From the NCBI GenBank assembly GCA_011772495.1, contig WVZL01000003.1, positions 370 through 64,369 on the forward strand: a stretch of DNA of 64,000 nucleotides, given 5' to 3'. The notes beneath the pieces are model-generated. The model saw only the letters and a list, made by a program, of their open reading frames with translations, did not search any database and was not told where the DNA came from. This document shows positions 1 to 8,709 of this stretch, piece after piece (within the stretch, counting starts at the first letter, position 1; the number at the start of each line of letters is the position of its first letter). This DNA is from Candidatus Aminicenantes bacterium (GTDB taxonomy: Bacteria; Acidobacteriota; Aminicenantia; Aminicenantales; Aminicenantaceae). The translations under genes were made by a program, and so were the position numbers.

Positions 1-19
1 TACAGTCCATATGAATAAA

Positions 20-35
20 AGCAATTTTTGTGCCA
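20..35 (-). promoter_or_regulatory. sigma-54 (RpoN) -24/-12 promoter firing leftward out of the window
   Basis: The reverse complement of 20-35 reads TGGCAC-AAAAA-TTGCT. The GG and GC elements have the canonical TGGCAC-N5-TTGC spacing. The target gene lies beyond position 1. Confidence 0.55.
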
Positions 36-328
36 AGCGGATGGATAGCTAATTTAATTATTATCAATCATTTAAATTTTAATTCATTCTATATTTCATA
101 AAAAATATTTTTCAGGAGTAAATTTATTTTACATGCTGGATGAAAACCTTTACTCCATTCATACGTTCTGAGGTAAAAGAGAGATGTATATAATACAATT
201 CAGAATCATGATGTTGAGAGCCTTGACTTACGGGAGACGGAATTCTTTGAATGTAATAAATTTTCACATATTTCATAAGAGAACAGCATAAGAATTACGT
301 TTCATCTCGAACCCTCCCAGATCGATTT

Positions 329-344
329 TGGCACATAAATTGCT
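329..344 (+). promoter_or_regulatory. sigma-54 -24/-12 promoter upstream of the VWA gene
   Basis: TGGCAC-ATAAA-TTGCT at 329-344 is a perfect core match. It sits ~190 nt upstream of the ATG at 535 and is nearly identical to the leftward copy at 20-35. Confidence 0.6.
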
Positions 345-463
345 ATCATCTTCATTAAAAGAGGATGGCAAAGGTCTAGCCGCAACTGAAAGAAACGGGA
401 CGCAAGGTAAATAGAATTTATCTTACATCAACAATACAGAACAGAAAGTAGCCGTATCATTTG

Positions 464-472
464 TGTTATAAT
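464..472 (+). promoter_or_regulatory. possible extended -10 sigma-70 element (TGTTATAAT)
   Basis: TGnTATAAT match with no convincing -35, ~60 nt upstream of ATG 535. Confidence 0.3.
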
Positions 473-534
473 TTATGATAGATTAATAAAGAGGACAACT
501 TATTGCCAAAGCATTCCCAAAAAGGAGGGCTGAG

Positions 535-2721
535 ATGAAAAAATATGTTCACTTTATTTTAATCCTTTTTCTTGCTTTCTTTTTATGGGCAGGAATAAGT
601 AAATTTTCTCCATTTCTCTTTTCTCAGACGGAAATAAAACCTCTTCGCTATGAAGTCGAAGTCGTCTTGATCGAAATTCCACTCTATGTCGTTGATAAAA
701 AAGGAAACCCTGTAAAAAATTTAAAACCTGAGGATTTAACACTCTACGAAAATGGAAAAGAACAAAAGATCACTCATTTCGTGCTCGTGCAGAACGACTC
801 TCCTCAAATAGCCAGTTTGGTCAGTGAATATCCAGCAGCTCGAAGACAGTTCTTGCTGTTTTTCGACTTTGCCTTTGCCAATCCAGCAAAAATACTCAAA
901 GCCAGAGAAGCAAGCTTGAATTTCATAAAAGAAAAGATATTCCCGAATGACTTAATAGCCGTGGCCACTTATTCAGGCATAGGAGGCCTGAAGGTCCTCT
1001 CCAATTTCACCAATGATCGAGAGCAATTGTACCACATTATCAACACCTTGGGTCTGGCTGAATCCAAACAGAGAATGCTGGGGCCAGTAGGCTTTTCTTT
1101 TCCAACCTTCACTCAAGAAGCCACAGATACTATGTTAAAAACTGGTAGTGGCAGTGCCCTGGGTGACGATGACTTTATGGAGCTTCTGGATAAGGTACAG
1201 AAAAGGAAAGAGCAGATCTATGGAGCCTATGTCTCGGACTTTATAAGCGAACTTAACAAATTATCCTTAGCCTTAAATACTGTTAGAGGGAGAAAGCATA
1301 TCATCTTTTTTTCAGAAGGATTTGATAGCAAGGTCTTGACCGGAAAATCATTAGCGGGATTGGCTGCGGATGCAGAGCAATTTGCTCAGAGCGGTGGTGT
1401 CCCCACCTCTGATACAGACTCCCGGTTCGGCGACACGGGTTTGAGAATGAGGCTCTATGATGCCCTGAAATTAATTGCCAGTGCTGACTGCCCTGTCCAT
1501 TCTGTCGATATAGGTGGGCTTCGCACCCAAGCGGGATCAGTGACCGAGGTGGAAGGAGCAGGCAGAACTCTCACCAGTATCCGTAGAGGTCAAGACACTC
1601 TAACTGTCCTATCAAGAGAGACTGGCGGACTCGTCTACCAGAATGTCAATGAGGTTACCCAAACTTTGGAAAATCTTCTTGAAGTCACCAACACTTATTA
1701 CATTCTTGGTTACTATCCAGAGGATAAGAAAAAAGAAGGCAAGTTTCGCAAAATCAAAATTAAAACAGATCGATCGGACATAAAAATTTCCTATCGAAAG
1801 GGATACTACGAAGCCAAACCCTACAAGGATTACTCAAACCTCGAGAAAAGAATCCAGCTCGTAGAGTATATTGTCAAGGATCTCCAGAGCAGGGAGATCC
1901 AGTTCGAGAGTCTGGTATCCGCCTTTCGGGGAAGGGAAGGGATATGTCAGGTTCCTGTTTTTTTAAAGTTCCCGGGGAGACAGTTCCTCGAAAGAAAAAA
2001 AAGCGTGAAGCTAGAAATTTATGGCTATGCGATCTCAAGCTCGGGAGCCTTTAAAGATTTCTTCCACCAAACAATAACCCTCTCTCCGCAAAAGGTGAGG
2101 AAGAAATTAGAACTCTATGGGGTAAAATATTTTGATCTCCATCTGCTTCCACCTGGAGATTATAAGATCAAAATGATAGTCCGGGACAAAGAAACAGGAG
2201 AGATAGGAAGCCAGATTCGAGAAATATCTGTCCCACATTATGACAAGGGGGAATTGGGTTTGAGCGGTCCGGTTTTTATCCCACCAGCGGGTGACTGGGT
2301 GTTGAGCCGAGGTTATGATCCTCAGAATCCCACTGGACGCAAGAAGGGATTCGAATTGCCTTTGGATTATCCATACATTATGGACAACAAACCTTTTGTT
2401 CCAGGTGTTATTCCTACTCTCAGCGGAGCATCACCTGCTCAATTCTTCTTACGGGTTTACAATCTAAGATTGCATCCTCAAACCAAGGTTCCTCAAACAG
2501 AAATGAGTTTTGAAATCGTGGATCTAGAAGGAAAGAGTACTCCTTTCAAAAACGTAGGCCTCCTTAGGAATCCGAATCAAGTCGAGGCTGGAGTGTTCGA
2601 TTTGTTTTTCCAGGCCAATTTTAAAGATCTTCCTTGGGGTTCTTACCAGTTGAGGTTAACATTTAAAGATTCTATATCCAACCAGAAGGTCGTTTCAGAA
2701 ACACCCTTTGTCCTTGAGTGA
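535..2721 (+). CDS. exported VWA domain protein (VWFA-related acidobacterial domain family, TIGR03436-like from memory)
   Basis: 728-aa ORF with an AAGGAGGG SD 6-7 nt before the ATG and an N-terminal hydrophobic signal/anchor. The N-terminal block YEVEVVLIEIPLYVVDKKGNPVKNLKPEDLTLYENGKEQKI is typical of that family. A central VWA-like region (FLLFFDFAF ... IIFFSEGFDS) follows. Confidence 0.75.
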   Translation: MKKYVHFILILFLAFFLWAGISKFSPFLFSQTEIKPLRYEVEVVLIEIPLYVVDKKGNPVKNLKPEDLTLYENGKEQKITHFVLVQNDSPQIASLVSEYPAARRQFLLFFDFAFANPAKILKAREASLNFIKEKIFPNDLIAVATYSGIGGLKVLSNFTNDREQLYHIINTLGLAESKQRMLGPVGFSFPTFTQEATDTMLKTGSGSALGDDDFMELLDKVQKRKEQIYGAYVSDFISELNKLSLALNTVRGRKHIIFFSEGFDSKVLTGKSLAGLAADAEQFAQSGGVPTSDTDSRFGDTGLRMRLYDALKLIASADCPVHSVDIGGLRTQAGSVTEVEGAGRTLTSIRRGQDTLTVLSRETGGLVYQNVNEVTQTLENLLEVTNTYYILGYYPEDKKKEGKFRKIKIKTDRSDIKISYRKGYYEAKPYKDYSNLEKRIQLVEYIVKDLQSREIQFESLVSAFRGREGICQVPVFLKFPGRQFLERKKSVKLEIYGYAISSSGAFKDFFHQTITLSPQKVRKKLELYGVKYFDLHLLPPGDYKIKMIVRDKETGEIGSQIREISVPHYDKGELGLSGPVFIPPAGDWVLSRGYDPQNPTGRKKGFELPLDYPYIMDNKPFVPGVIPTLSGASPAQFFLRVYNLRLHPQTKVPQTEMSFEIVDLEGKSTPFKNVGLLRNPNQVEAGVFDLFFQANFKDLPWGSYQLRLTFKDSISNQKVVSETPFVLE

Positions 2722-2858
2722 TAAATACTGGGAGGTTGATTGAGAAAATTCTCATCTTTATTTTCGTTCTTTTTCTGTAATTCATGCCCAGAAGTTTCTT
2801 TCTATCCTATTCTTGAATAAAACACACCTCGACGATTTTCATCCTAGTTGCTATTTCT

Positions 2859-3055
2859 GTATTTTCTTTTCATGGTGAAAAAGTTTACTCCTGGATATAT
2901 GACAAGTTAGAGGAACTGAAGAATCTCTGGAAGAACATTCAATAGCAAGGCGGCCTCGATGGATTGGCCTTTGGAAGAAATCAATCCCTCGAGCTGGAAT
3001 TCATCATTCAAGATGCTTCGGAAAAAAGTGCGCAGTCATTCTGAGCTGGACCAGC
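2859..3055 (+). pseudogene. decayed partial copy of the dcyD-like gene region (relic, no start codon, in-frame TAG, frameshift)
   Basis: 2949-3029 translates to GGLDGLAFGRNQSLELEFIIQDASEKS, matching DDLTGLAFGGNKSRKLEFIIPDALNKK of the intact gene at 4252. Nucleotide homology continues to ~3055 after a 1-nt indel. 2874-2945 aligns codon-for-codon with 4117-4188. Confidence 0.7.
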
Positions 3056-3102
3056 AGGAAAACCAGAGTAGAAATTTTTTTTCTAAAAAATACAAAATCT
3101 TC

Positions 3103-3130
3103 TTGACATACGCTAGCCTGCTCATATATT
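3103..3130 (+). promoter_or_regulatory. sigma-70-type promoter (TTGACA-N16-TATATT)
   Basis: TTGACA at 3103-3108 and TATATT at 3125-3130. This would give a ~200-nt leader before ATG 3339. Confidence 0.45.
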
Positions 3131-3338
3131 AGTGAACCTGGGCACAGCCGAAATTAAGCTACAGGGTTGAAAAAGGCTCCTTTGTCAGGACAAGGAAGGC
3201 TACTTTCCTTCTCTCTATATCTGAATTAGTACAAACGGACACAGTGCATCCTGACCAGGAAGGGATCATCATGTCCGATTCTTTTTCTGCCCCGAATAGA
3301 GATACAGGTTTGGATAGACAAATTAGGAGGAACCAAAA

Positions 3339-3977
3339 ATGAAGGGGGGAAATAGAACGCTCTTGAAATGCACACTGTTATTTATTTTATTCGCAGTAAT
3401 CATAATCTTTACGTCCTTGCTACAAGCAGAAGACGAAAAATTTGAAGATAATCAAAAGTTTAGTGAAGATTCAAAGGAAAAAAACAACACCGTTAAGGCC
3501 GAATCTTCCGATCTTTCTGCAAGTAAGTCTTTCATTATTCTAAAACAGTTCCGATTAGCTAAAGAGAAAGATAGGGATAGCAGGAAAAGATCTAATCTTG
3601 TTCAAAACAAGAATTTTTCTTTATCTAATCTCCCCAAATATTCACTCGAGCCTAACAAATTCAAGAAAGTCGAAAAATCATTGTACACAACATCTTTAAT
3701 CACTTTAATTGCTTTAAGCACTGCAGATTACTTCACCACGATAAAGGCGTCACAATACAAAGAATTGAAAGAGATAAACCCTATCATGAAACCTCTGGTC
3801 AAGAACCCTTCCCTTTATTTGGTTTTAAAGCTTGGTGTGAATGCTTATGTCTATTATGCCATGCAAAAGCTTTATAAGAAGAACAAAAAATTGGCCTGGC
3901 TGGTGAGTGTATTAGCCAATGCTGCCTTTTCCTATATTGTGCTTAACAACATCTGGCATATCAACGAAGTTAAGTAA
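3339..3977 (+). CDS. membrane protein with Lys/Ser-rich linker and DUF5658-like C-terminal TM domain
   Basis: 212-aa ORF with an AGGAGG SD. It has an N-terminal TM/signal segment. The C-terminal segment TADYFTTIKA...ELKEINPIMKP followed by two hydrophobic helices resembles DUF5658 as I remember it. Confidence 0.5.
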   Translation: MKGGNRTLLKCTLLFILFAVIIIFTSLLQAEDEKFEDNQKFSEDSKEKNNTVKAESSDLSASKSFIILKQFRLAKEKDRDSRKRSNLVQNKNFSLSNLPKYSLEPNKFKKVEKSLYTTSLITLIALSTADYFTTIKASQYKELKEINPIMKPLVKNPSLYLVLKLGVNAYVYYAMQKLYKKNKKLAWLVSVLANAAFSYIVLNNIWHINEVK

Positions 3978-4090
3978 GAACCGGATTCTCCTTCATATGT
4001 GACCTAGCAAGATTTCCATTTTAAGATGCTGGGTTTTCTCTTCGTCATTCCTCTGGCCTGGATCGGAATTTTAGTCACTTTATGATAGCC

Positions 4091-4188
4091 GATTTTCCTT
4101 TTGAATCCTTGACTTTGGCGAAAAATTATGACTCTGAACGCCTGACAAGATAGAAGAACTGAAGGAAGCTTGGAAGAGTTATCATTAA
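4091..4188 (+). repeat. second decayed copy of the segment found at 2859-2945
   Basis: 4117-4188 aligns without gaps to 2874-2945, with about two thirds of positions identical by hand alignment. The shared frame encodes DK[LI]EELK..WK... but is broken here by two TGA codons. Confidence 0.65.
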
Positions 4189-4251
4189 GAGCATAATTTC
4201 TTTATTTCTGCTTTCCTTTCTATGATATAATTCAAGTCTTTAAGGGTAAAA

Positions 4252-5325
4252 ATGGCTATGTTCACGATCTCTGAGCTCAAGGAAAGAATAAGTCAATTCC
4301 CCAAGAAAAGACTGATCAACTCCCCGACTCCATTTCAAAAACTGGAGAATCTTTCTCGTTCTTTTGAAGGGCCGGTAATATACATGAAGCGGGATGATCT
4401 CACAGGATTGGCTTTTGGGGGAAATAAGTCCCGTAAGCTCGAATTTATCATTCCTGACGCTTTAAATAAAAAAGCTGATGTCATCCTGACTTGGGCCAGC
4501 GTTCAATCGAACTGGTGTCTTCAAACAGCCGCCGCAGCCCAGAAATTCGGGATCAAGCCGATGCTTCTTCTGTTCAAAACAGACGAACTCCCAGATGAAC
4601 ATGACGGGAACCTTTTGCTTGATTTTATCTTGGATGCAGACATCAGGATAAAAGAAGGGGAGAAGGGCAAGGTTGTTAAGGAAGTGAATGCTTATGAGGC
4701 TATAGAAGAGCTGGCTAGTGAAGTTAAAGAGCGAGGAGATAATCCTTATGTAGTTCCCATCGGAGGCTCGATGATCGGAGGTTCTATGGAGAGTCCTTTG
4801 GGAGCCATAAGTTATGTCGCTGCTTTTGTAGAGATGCTAGAGCAGGCAAAATCCCAGCAAGTAGATGTCGATTACATTGTTCTTGCCAGCGGTTCAGGAA
4901 GCACTCAGGCGGGTCTAATCGTCGGGGCTAAAGTGTTAAAAGACAATATTAAAGTTTTGGGAATTAGCGTTTCGGCTGAGAAAGAGTCTTATGGGAAGGA
5001 TGTCCTGACCATTGCTCAAGATACGGCAAAAGCTTTACAGATAGACATCGAAATTTCTGAAGAGGAGGTGATCATTCTTGATGAGTACATAAAAGAAGGC
5101 TACGGGATCATGAATAAAGAAGTTTCTGAGGCTATTCGATCCGTTGCCATTAAGGAAGGGATCATGCTTGATCCCTGTTATACAGGAAAAGCTGCCGTGG
5201 CTCTGTTTGACCTGATAAGAAAAGGATATTTTAAAAAAGAGGATAAAGTCGTTTTTTTCCATACTGGAGGCACGCCTGTCTTATTTCCCTACAAGAAAAG
5301 CCTAGTCAATTTTTTAAAGCGTTGA
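4252..5325 (+). CDS. PLP-dependent D-cysteine desulfhydrase / ACC deaminase family enzyme
   Basis: 357 aa. It has the GGNKSRKLEF motif (PLP lysine) and the GSGSTQAG glycine loop of this fold-type II family. Confidence 0.8.
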   Translation: MAMFTISELKERISQFPKKRLINSPTPFQKLENLSRSFEGPVIYMKRDDLTGLAFGGNKSRKLEFIIPDALNKKADVILTWASVQSNWCLQTAAAAQKFGIKPMLLLFKTDELPDEHDGNLLLDFILDADIRIKEGEKGKVVKEVNAYEAIEELASEVKERGDNPYVVPIGGSMIGGSMESPLGAISYVAAFVEMLEQAKSQQVDVDYIVLASGSGSTQAGLIVGAKVLKDNIKVLGISVSAEKESYGKDVLTIAQDTAKALQIDIEISEEEVIILDEYIKEGYGIMNKEVSEAIRSVAIKEGIMLDPCYTGKAAVALFDLIRKGYFKKEDKVVFFHTGGTPVLFPYKKSLVNFLKR

Positions 5326-5394
5326 GATATAATCAGTCATCTTTTTGAAATAAAGTTAAGTATTCAGGCAGGAAAAAAAGGAGGCCAAATACCT

Positions 5395-6297
5395 ATGTGC
5401 AGAAAGAATGTTTTGATTTTGTCTTTCTTGTTTCTGGCTATTTTTTCCAGAGTAGGTCTTTCTTTTGGTCAGGAAAAACTAAAAATATTCATTTCTGTGG
5501 ATATGGAAGGAATTGCCGGGATCGTCCACTCTGACCAGACCTCATCCTCGGGCAAGGATTACAATATTGCTCGTAGATGGATGACCAAAGAAGTCAACGC
5601 TGCTATCCTTGGAGCTTTTGAAGCTGGGGCGACTGAGGTTGTTGTCAATGATTCCCACGGCTCCATGAGAAACATCATTCCCTCTGAACTTAATCCCAAG
5701 GCGTACTTGGTGACAGGCTCTCCGAAACCCCTGGCCATGATGCAAGGCATAGATGAAACCTTTGATGCCGTTATTTTCATCGGCTACCATGCCCGTGCTG
5801 GGACAGATGATGGTGTTTTAGACCATACTTATTCTGGCAGTTCTATCCATTCCATAAAGATAAATGGCTTGGAGATGGGTGAAGGAGAAATCAATGCAGC
5901 CATCGCCGGTTGGTACAAAGTCCCAGTAGTCTTGGTTACAGGAGACAGGATCGTGTGCGAGCAGGTCAAGAGGAGCCTGGGAGAAGAACTGGAAATGGCT
6001 GCAGTCAAGGAAGGTGTAGGAAGATACGCCGCCAAAAGCCTGACGCCAGAGAAGGCACAAGTGCTTATAAAGGAAAAGACAAGAATAGCCTTAGAAAAGA
6101 GGAAAACAATAAAGCCATTTATCCTTGATCCCCCTTTCTATTTCGAAGTGAATTTCCTTCGTAGCTACATGGCTGATAGCGCTGAGTTAATCCCTCAGGT
6201 GGAGAAGAAGGGGGCAAGGACAGTGGTTTTTACTTCAAACAATTTTGTTGAAGGCTTTAAACTGATGAGGGTACTCATTTCTCTTGCCAGGAGATAG
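5395..6297 (+). CDS. M55 family metallopeptidase (DppA-like D-aminopeptidase) with N-terminal signal peptide
   Basis: 300 aa with an AAGGAGG SD. The block KIFISVDMEGIAGIV...NDSHGSMRN is characteristic of DppA/M55. It is preceded by a ~25-aa hydrophobic leader. Confidence 0.8.
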   Translation: MCRKNVLILSFLFLAIFSRVGLSFGQEKLKIFISVDMEGIAGIVHSDQTSSSGKDYNIARRWMTKEVNAAILGAFEAGATEVVVNDSHGSMRNIIPSELNPKAYLVTGSPKPLAMMQGIDETFDAVIFIGYHARAGTDDGVLDHTYSGSSIHSIKINGLEMGEGEINAAIAGWYKVPVVLVTGDRIVCEQVKRSLGEELEMAAVKEGVGRYAAKSLTPEKAQVLIKEKTRIALEKRKTIKPFILDPPFYFEVNFLRSYMADSAELIPQVEKKGARTVVFTSNNFVEGFKLMRVLISLARR

Positions 6298-6306
6298 AGA
6301 ACACAA

Positions 6307-7266
6307 ATGAAAATGGAAAGACCGACCCTCAAGGATATTCTAGAAACAAGAAAATTAATCAACCAGTACCTGCCGCGGACTCCTCTTTATCATTATCCTC
6401 AACTCAATCAACTGCTCGATGCCAAAGTCTACGTCAAACATGAAAATCACATGCCGACTGGAGCCTTCAAAGTCAGGGGAGGAATTAATCTTATCTCTCA
6501 TTTGAATCGAGAGCAAAGAGAAAAAGGAGTGGTTACAGCTTCAACCGGGAATCATGCCCTCTCGGTGGCCTATGCTTCATCTCTCTTCGGTGTTCCGGCA
6601 ACGATTGTGATGCCTGAAAAGTCTAATCCTTCGAAAGTCAAAGCTATCCGAGCCTTGGGGGCGAACATTATATTCTTTGGCCGTATTTTTGACGAATCAA
6701 AGGAATATGCAGAAAAATTGGCAGGGGAAAAGAGAGCTCGTTTCATTCATCCAGCCAACGAGCCTTATCTTGTAGCAGGCGTGGGAACCTATGTTCTGGA
6801 AGTTTTTGAAGACTGTCCTTCCTTGGAGGTGATTATCGTCCCTGTTGGGGGAGGAAGCGGTGCCAGTGGATGCTGTTTGGTTAAAGAAGCCATCAATCCC
6901 AAGGTACAGGTTATGGGCGTCCAGGCCGCGAAAGCTCCGGCCGCCTATCTATCTTGGAAGAATAAAAAAATTGTTGAGGATAAGATGGAAACAGCCGCTG
7001 AAGGATTGGCAACCCGCACCGGATACGAATTCACTCAAGAGATTCTCTGGGATTATTTGACAGATTTTGTTCTGGTTTCTGAAGAAGAAATGGAAAAGGC
7101 AATCCTAGTCTATCTCGAATTAGTCCGGAATCTAGCCGAGGAAGCCGGGGCTTCACCCCTCGCCGCGGCCTTGAAGGTCAAAGAAAGAATCAAAGGGAAA
7201 AAAGTTGTTCTCATCTTCACCGGGGGCAATATTTCTCTGGAAAGATTAAAGAAGATATTAGGGTAG
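6307..7266 (+). CDS. serine/threonine dehydratase family PLP enzyme (short form, no ACT domain)
   Basis: 319 aa with PTGAFKVRGG (PLP-Lys), STGNHA and the GGGSGASG loop. It starts 10 nt after the M55 gene. Confidence 0.75.
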   Translation: MKMERPTLKDILETRKLINQYLPRTPLYHYPQLNQLLDAKVYVKHENHMPTGAFKVRGGINLISHLNREQREKGVVTASTGNHALSVAYASSLFGVPATIVMPEKSNPSKVKAIRALGANIIFFGRIFDESKEYAEKLAGEKRARFIHPANEPYLVAGVGTYVLEVFEDCPSLEVIIVPVGGGSGASGCCLVKEAINPKVQVMGVQAAKAPAAYLSWKNKKIVEDKMETAAEGLATRTGYEFTQEILWDYLTDFVLVSEEEMEKAILVYLELVRNLAEEAGASPLAAALKVKERIKGKKVVLIFTGGNISLERLKKILG

Positions 7267-7270
7267 CTGG

Positions 7271-8626
7271 TTAAAAAGGAATTTCGTGTTTCTTCAATTT
7301 TCTGTAGAGCGCTTGACGGCTTAAACCCAATATTTCAGCCGCCTTTTGCTTGTTGCTATTGACTCTCTTAAGAATTTCAAGGATATGGTTTTTTTCCACA
7401 TCATCCAATCTTAATAAAGGACCAGTAGGGGAGGGAGGGCTGACTTCTTCTTCAGTTGCAGCTTCCCTCAGATAATGGTCGAGATCTTTAATATCGATGA
7501 ATTTTTCCTGGCAGAGCATGACCGCTCTCTCGATGATATTTTCCAATTGCCGCACATTTCCTGACCAGGAGTAGTCTAAAAGCGCTTTCTGAGCTCGTTG
7601 TGAGATTCCCAAGACGTTTTTTTTGTAAGCTTTGTTGAATTTTCCTAAGAACCGGCGGGATAACAAAGGGATGTCTTCCTTCCTTTCTCTTAAAGGAGGG
7701 AGCCTAATCTCGAAGACATTGATTCTATGATAAAGGTCTTCCCGGAAATTTCCCTGCTTGATATCTTCCTTTAGGTCTCGACTTGTTGCGGATATTACTC
7801 TCACTTCGACATCCACATTCTTGTTAGATCCTAAAGGACGGAATTGATGCTCTTCTAACACTCGGAGAAGCTTCGATTGGACGGAAATAGGTATTTCTCC
7901 TAATTCGTCGAGAAAAATTGTGCCCCCATCAGCTTCCTTAAAAAGGCCATCCTTGGCTTTGTCCGCTCCAGTAAAGGCCCCCTTGACATAGCCAAAGAGT
8001 TCTGATTCGAACAAAGTTTCGGGTATGGCGGTGCAATCGCAGATCACGATTTTTTTGCCTTGGTGCGGACTCAAGCTGTGGATGGCTTGGGCAACCATTT
8101 CTTTTCCAGTTCCTGTTTCGCCTGTTATGAGCACCGAGACAGAATATTTAGCTACTCTTTCAATCAGAGAAAACACTTCGAGCATATAAGGATTCTTGCC
8201 AACTATTCCCTGAAAAACATAGCTTTCCGCAAGGGCTTTCTCCAACTGGTATGTTTCTCTACGGAGAAGGCTTTTATCTTGAATCTTTTTCAATACTGGC
8301 TGAAGCACCTCTATTTCCAATGGCCTAGCCAGGTAATCCGTCGCCCCCAATTTAATAGATTCTGCCATCTTGCTGGGGGGGACACTGGTGCCGATGATTA
8401 TGACTTCGATCAAAGGGTCGAAATTCTTGATTTCTTTTAGAAGAGGGAACTCGCCTATCTCTTCCTTAGTCAGATCGAGAATAATGATTTTTATTTCTTT
8501 ATTTCGGATCAGAGAATAGAAATCCTCCTTTTTGGAAGAAGTGGAGGTCTTAAATCCTTTAGAAGTCAGGTATTCGGTGAGAAGAGAATAATCATCAAGT
8601 TTGTCGGCGATTATCAATAAATTCAT
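7271..8626 (-). CDS. sigma-54-dependent transcriptional activator (REC-AAA+-Fis HTH, NtrC family)
   Basis: 451 aa with Walker A GETGTGKE, the GAFTGA sigma-54 contact loop and a C-terminal HTH (AAEILGLSRQALYRKLKK). The receiver has D in IIILDL but ARP in place of the conserved KP. Confidence 0.9.
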   Translation of the reverse strand: MNLLIIADKLDDYSLLTEYLTSKGFKTSTSSKKEDFYSLIRNKEIKIIILDLTKEEIGEFPLLKEIKNFDPLIEVIIIGTSVPPSKMAESIKLGATDYLARPLEIEVLQPVLKKIQDKSLLRRETYQLEKALAESYVFQGIVGKNPYMLEVFSLIERVAKYSVSVLITGETGTGKEMVAQAIHSLSPHQGKKIVICDCTAIPETLFESELFGYVKGAFTGADKAKDGLFKEADGGTIFLDELGEIPISVQSKLLRVLEEHQFRPLGSNKNVDVEVRVISATSRDLKEDIKQGNFREDLYHRINVFEIRLPPLRERKEDIPLLSRRFLGKFNKAYKKNVLGISQRAQKALLDYSWSGNVRQLENIIERAVMLCQEKFIDIKDLDHYLREAATEEEVSPPSPTGPLLRLDDVEKNHILEILKRVNSNKQKAAEILGLSRQALYRKLKKHEIPF

Positions 8627-8709
8627 TTCAGAAGGGACTCAAAACTAACACAAAATCCTTAAAAACACAATATTTATCAAAAAAATAAATGAGAATAATC
8701 GGAGTCAGG

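Noticed and set aside
366-405. GGCAAAGG...GAAAG...GGGACGCAAGG in the VWA leader resembles the conserved GGCAAA / GGGACGCAAAGCC core of the c-di-GMP-I (GEMM-I) riboswitch.
   Set aside because: I could not build the required P1b hairpin capped by the GNRA loop or the second hairpin. The ACGCAAAGCC block is also incomplete (ACGCAAGGTA). A covariance-model scan would settle it.
4129-4137. Two in-frame TGA codons in the 4117-4188 repeat align with Tyr (TAC) and Trp (TGG) codons of the 2874-2945 copy. This hints at UGA recoding or an alternative genetic code.
   Set aside because: Neighbouring well-supported genes terminate with TGA (for example 2719-2721 and 5323-5325). Neither copy has a start codon. 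Pseudogene decay is the simpler explanation.
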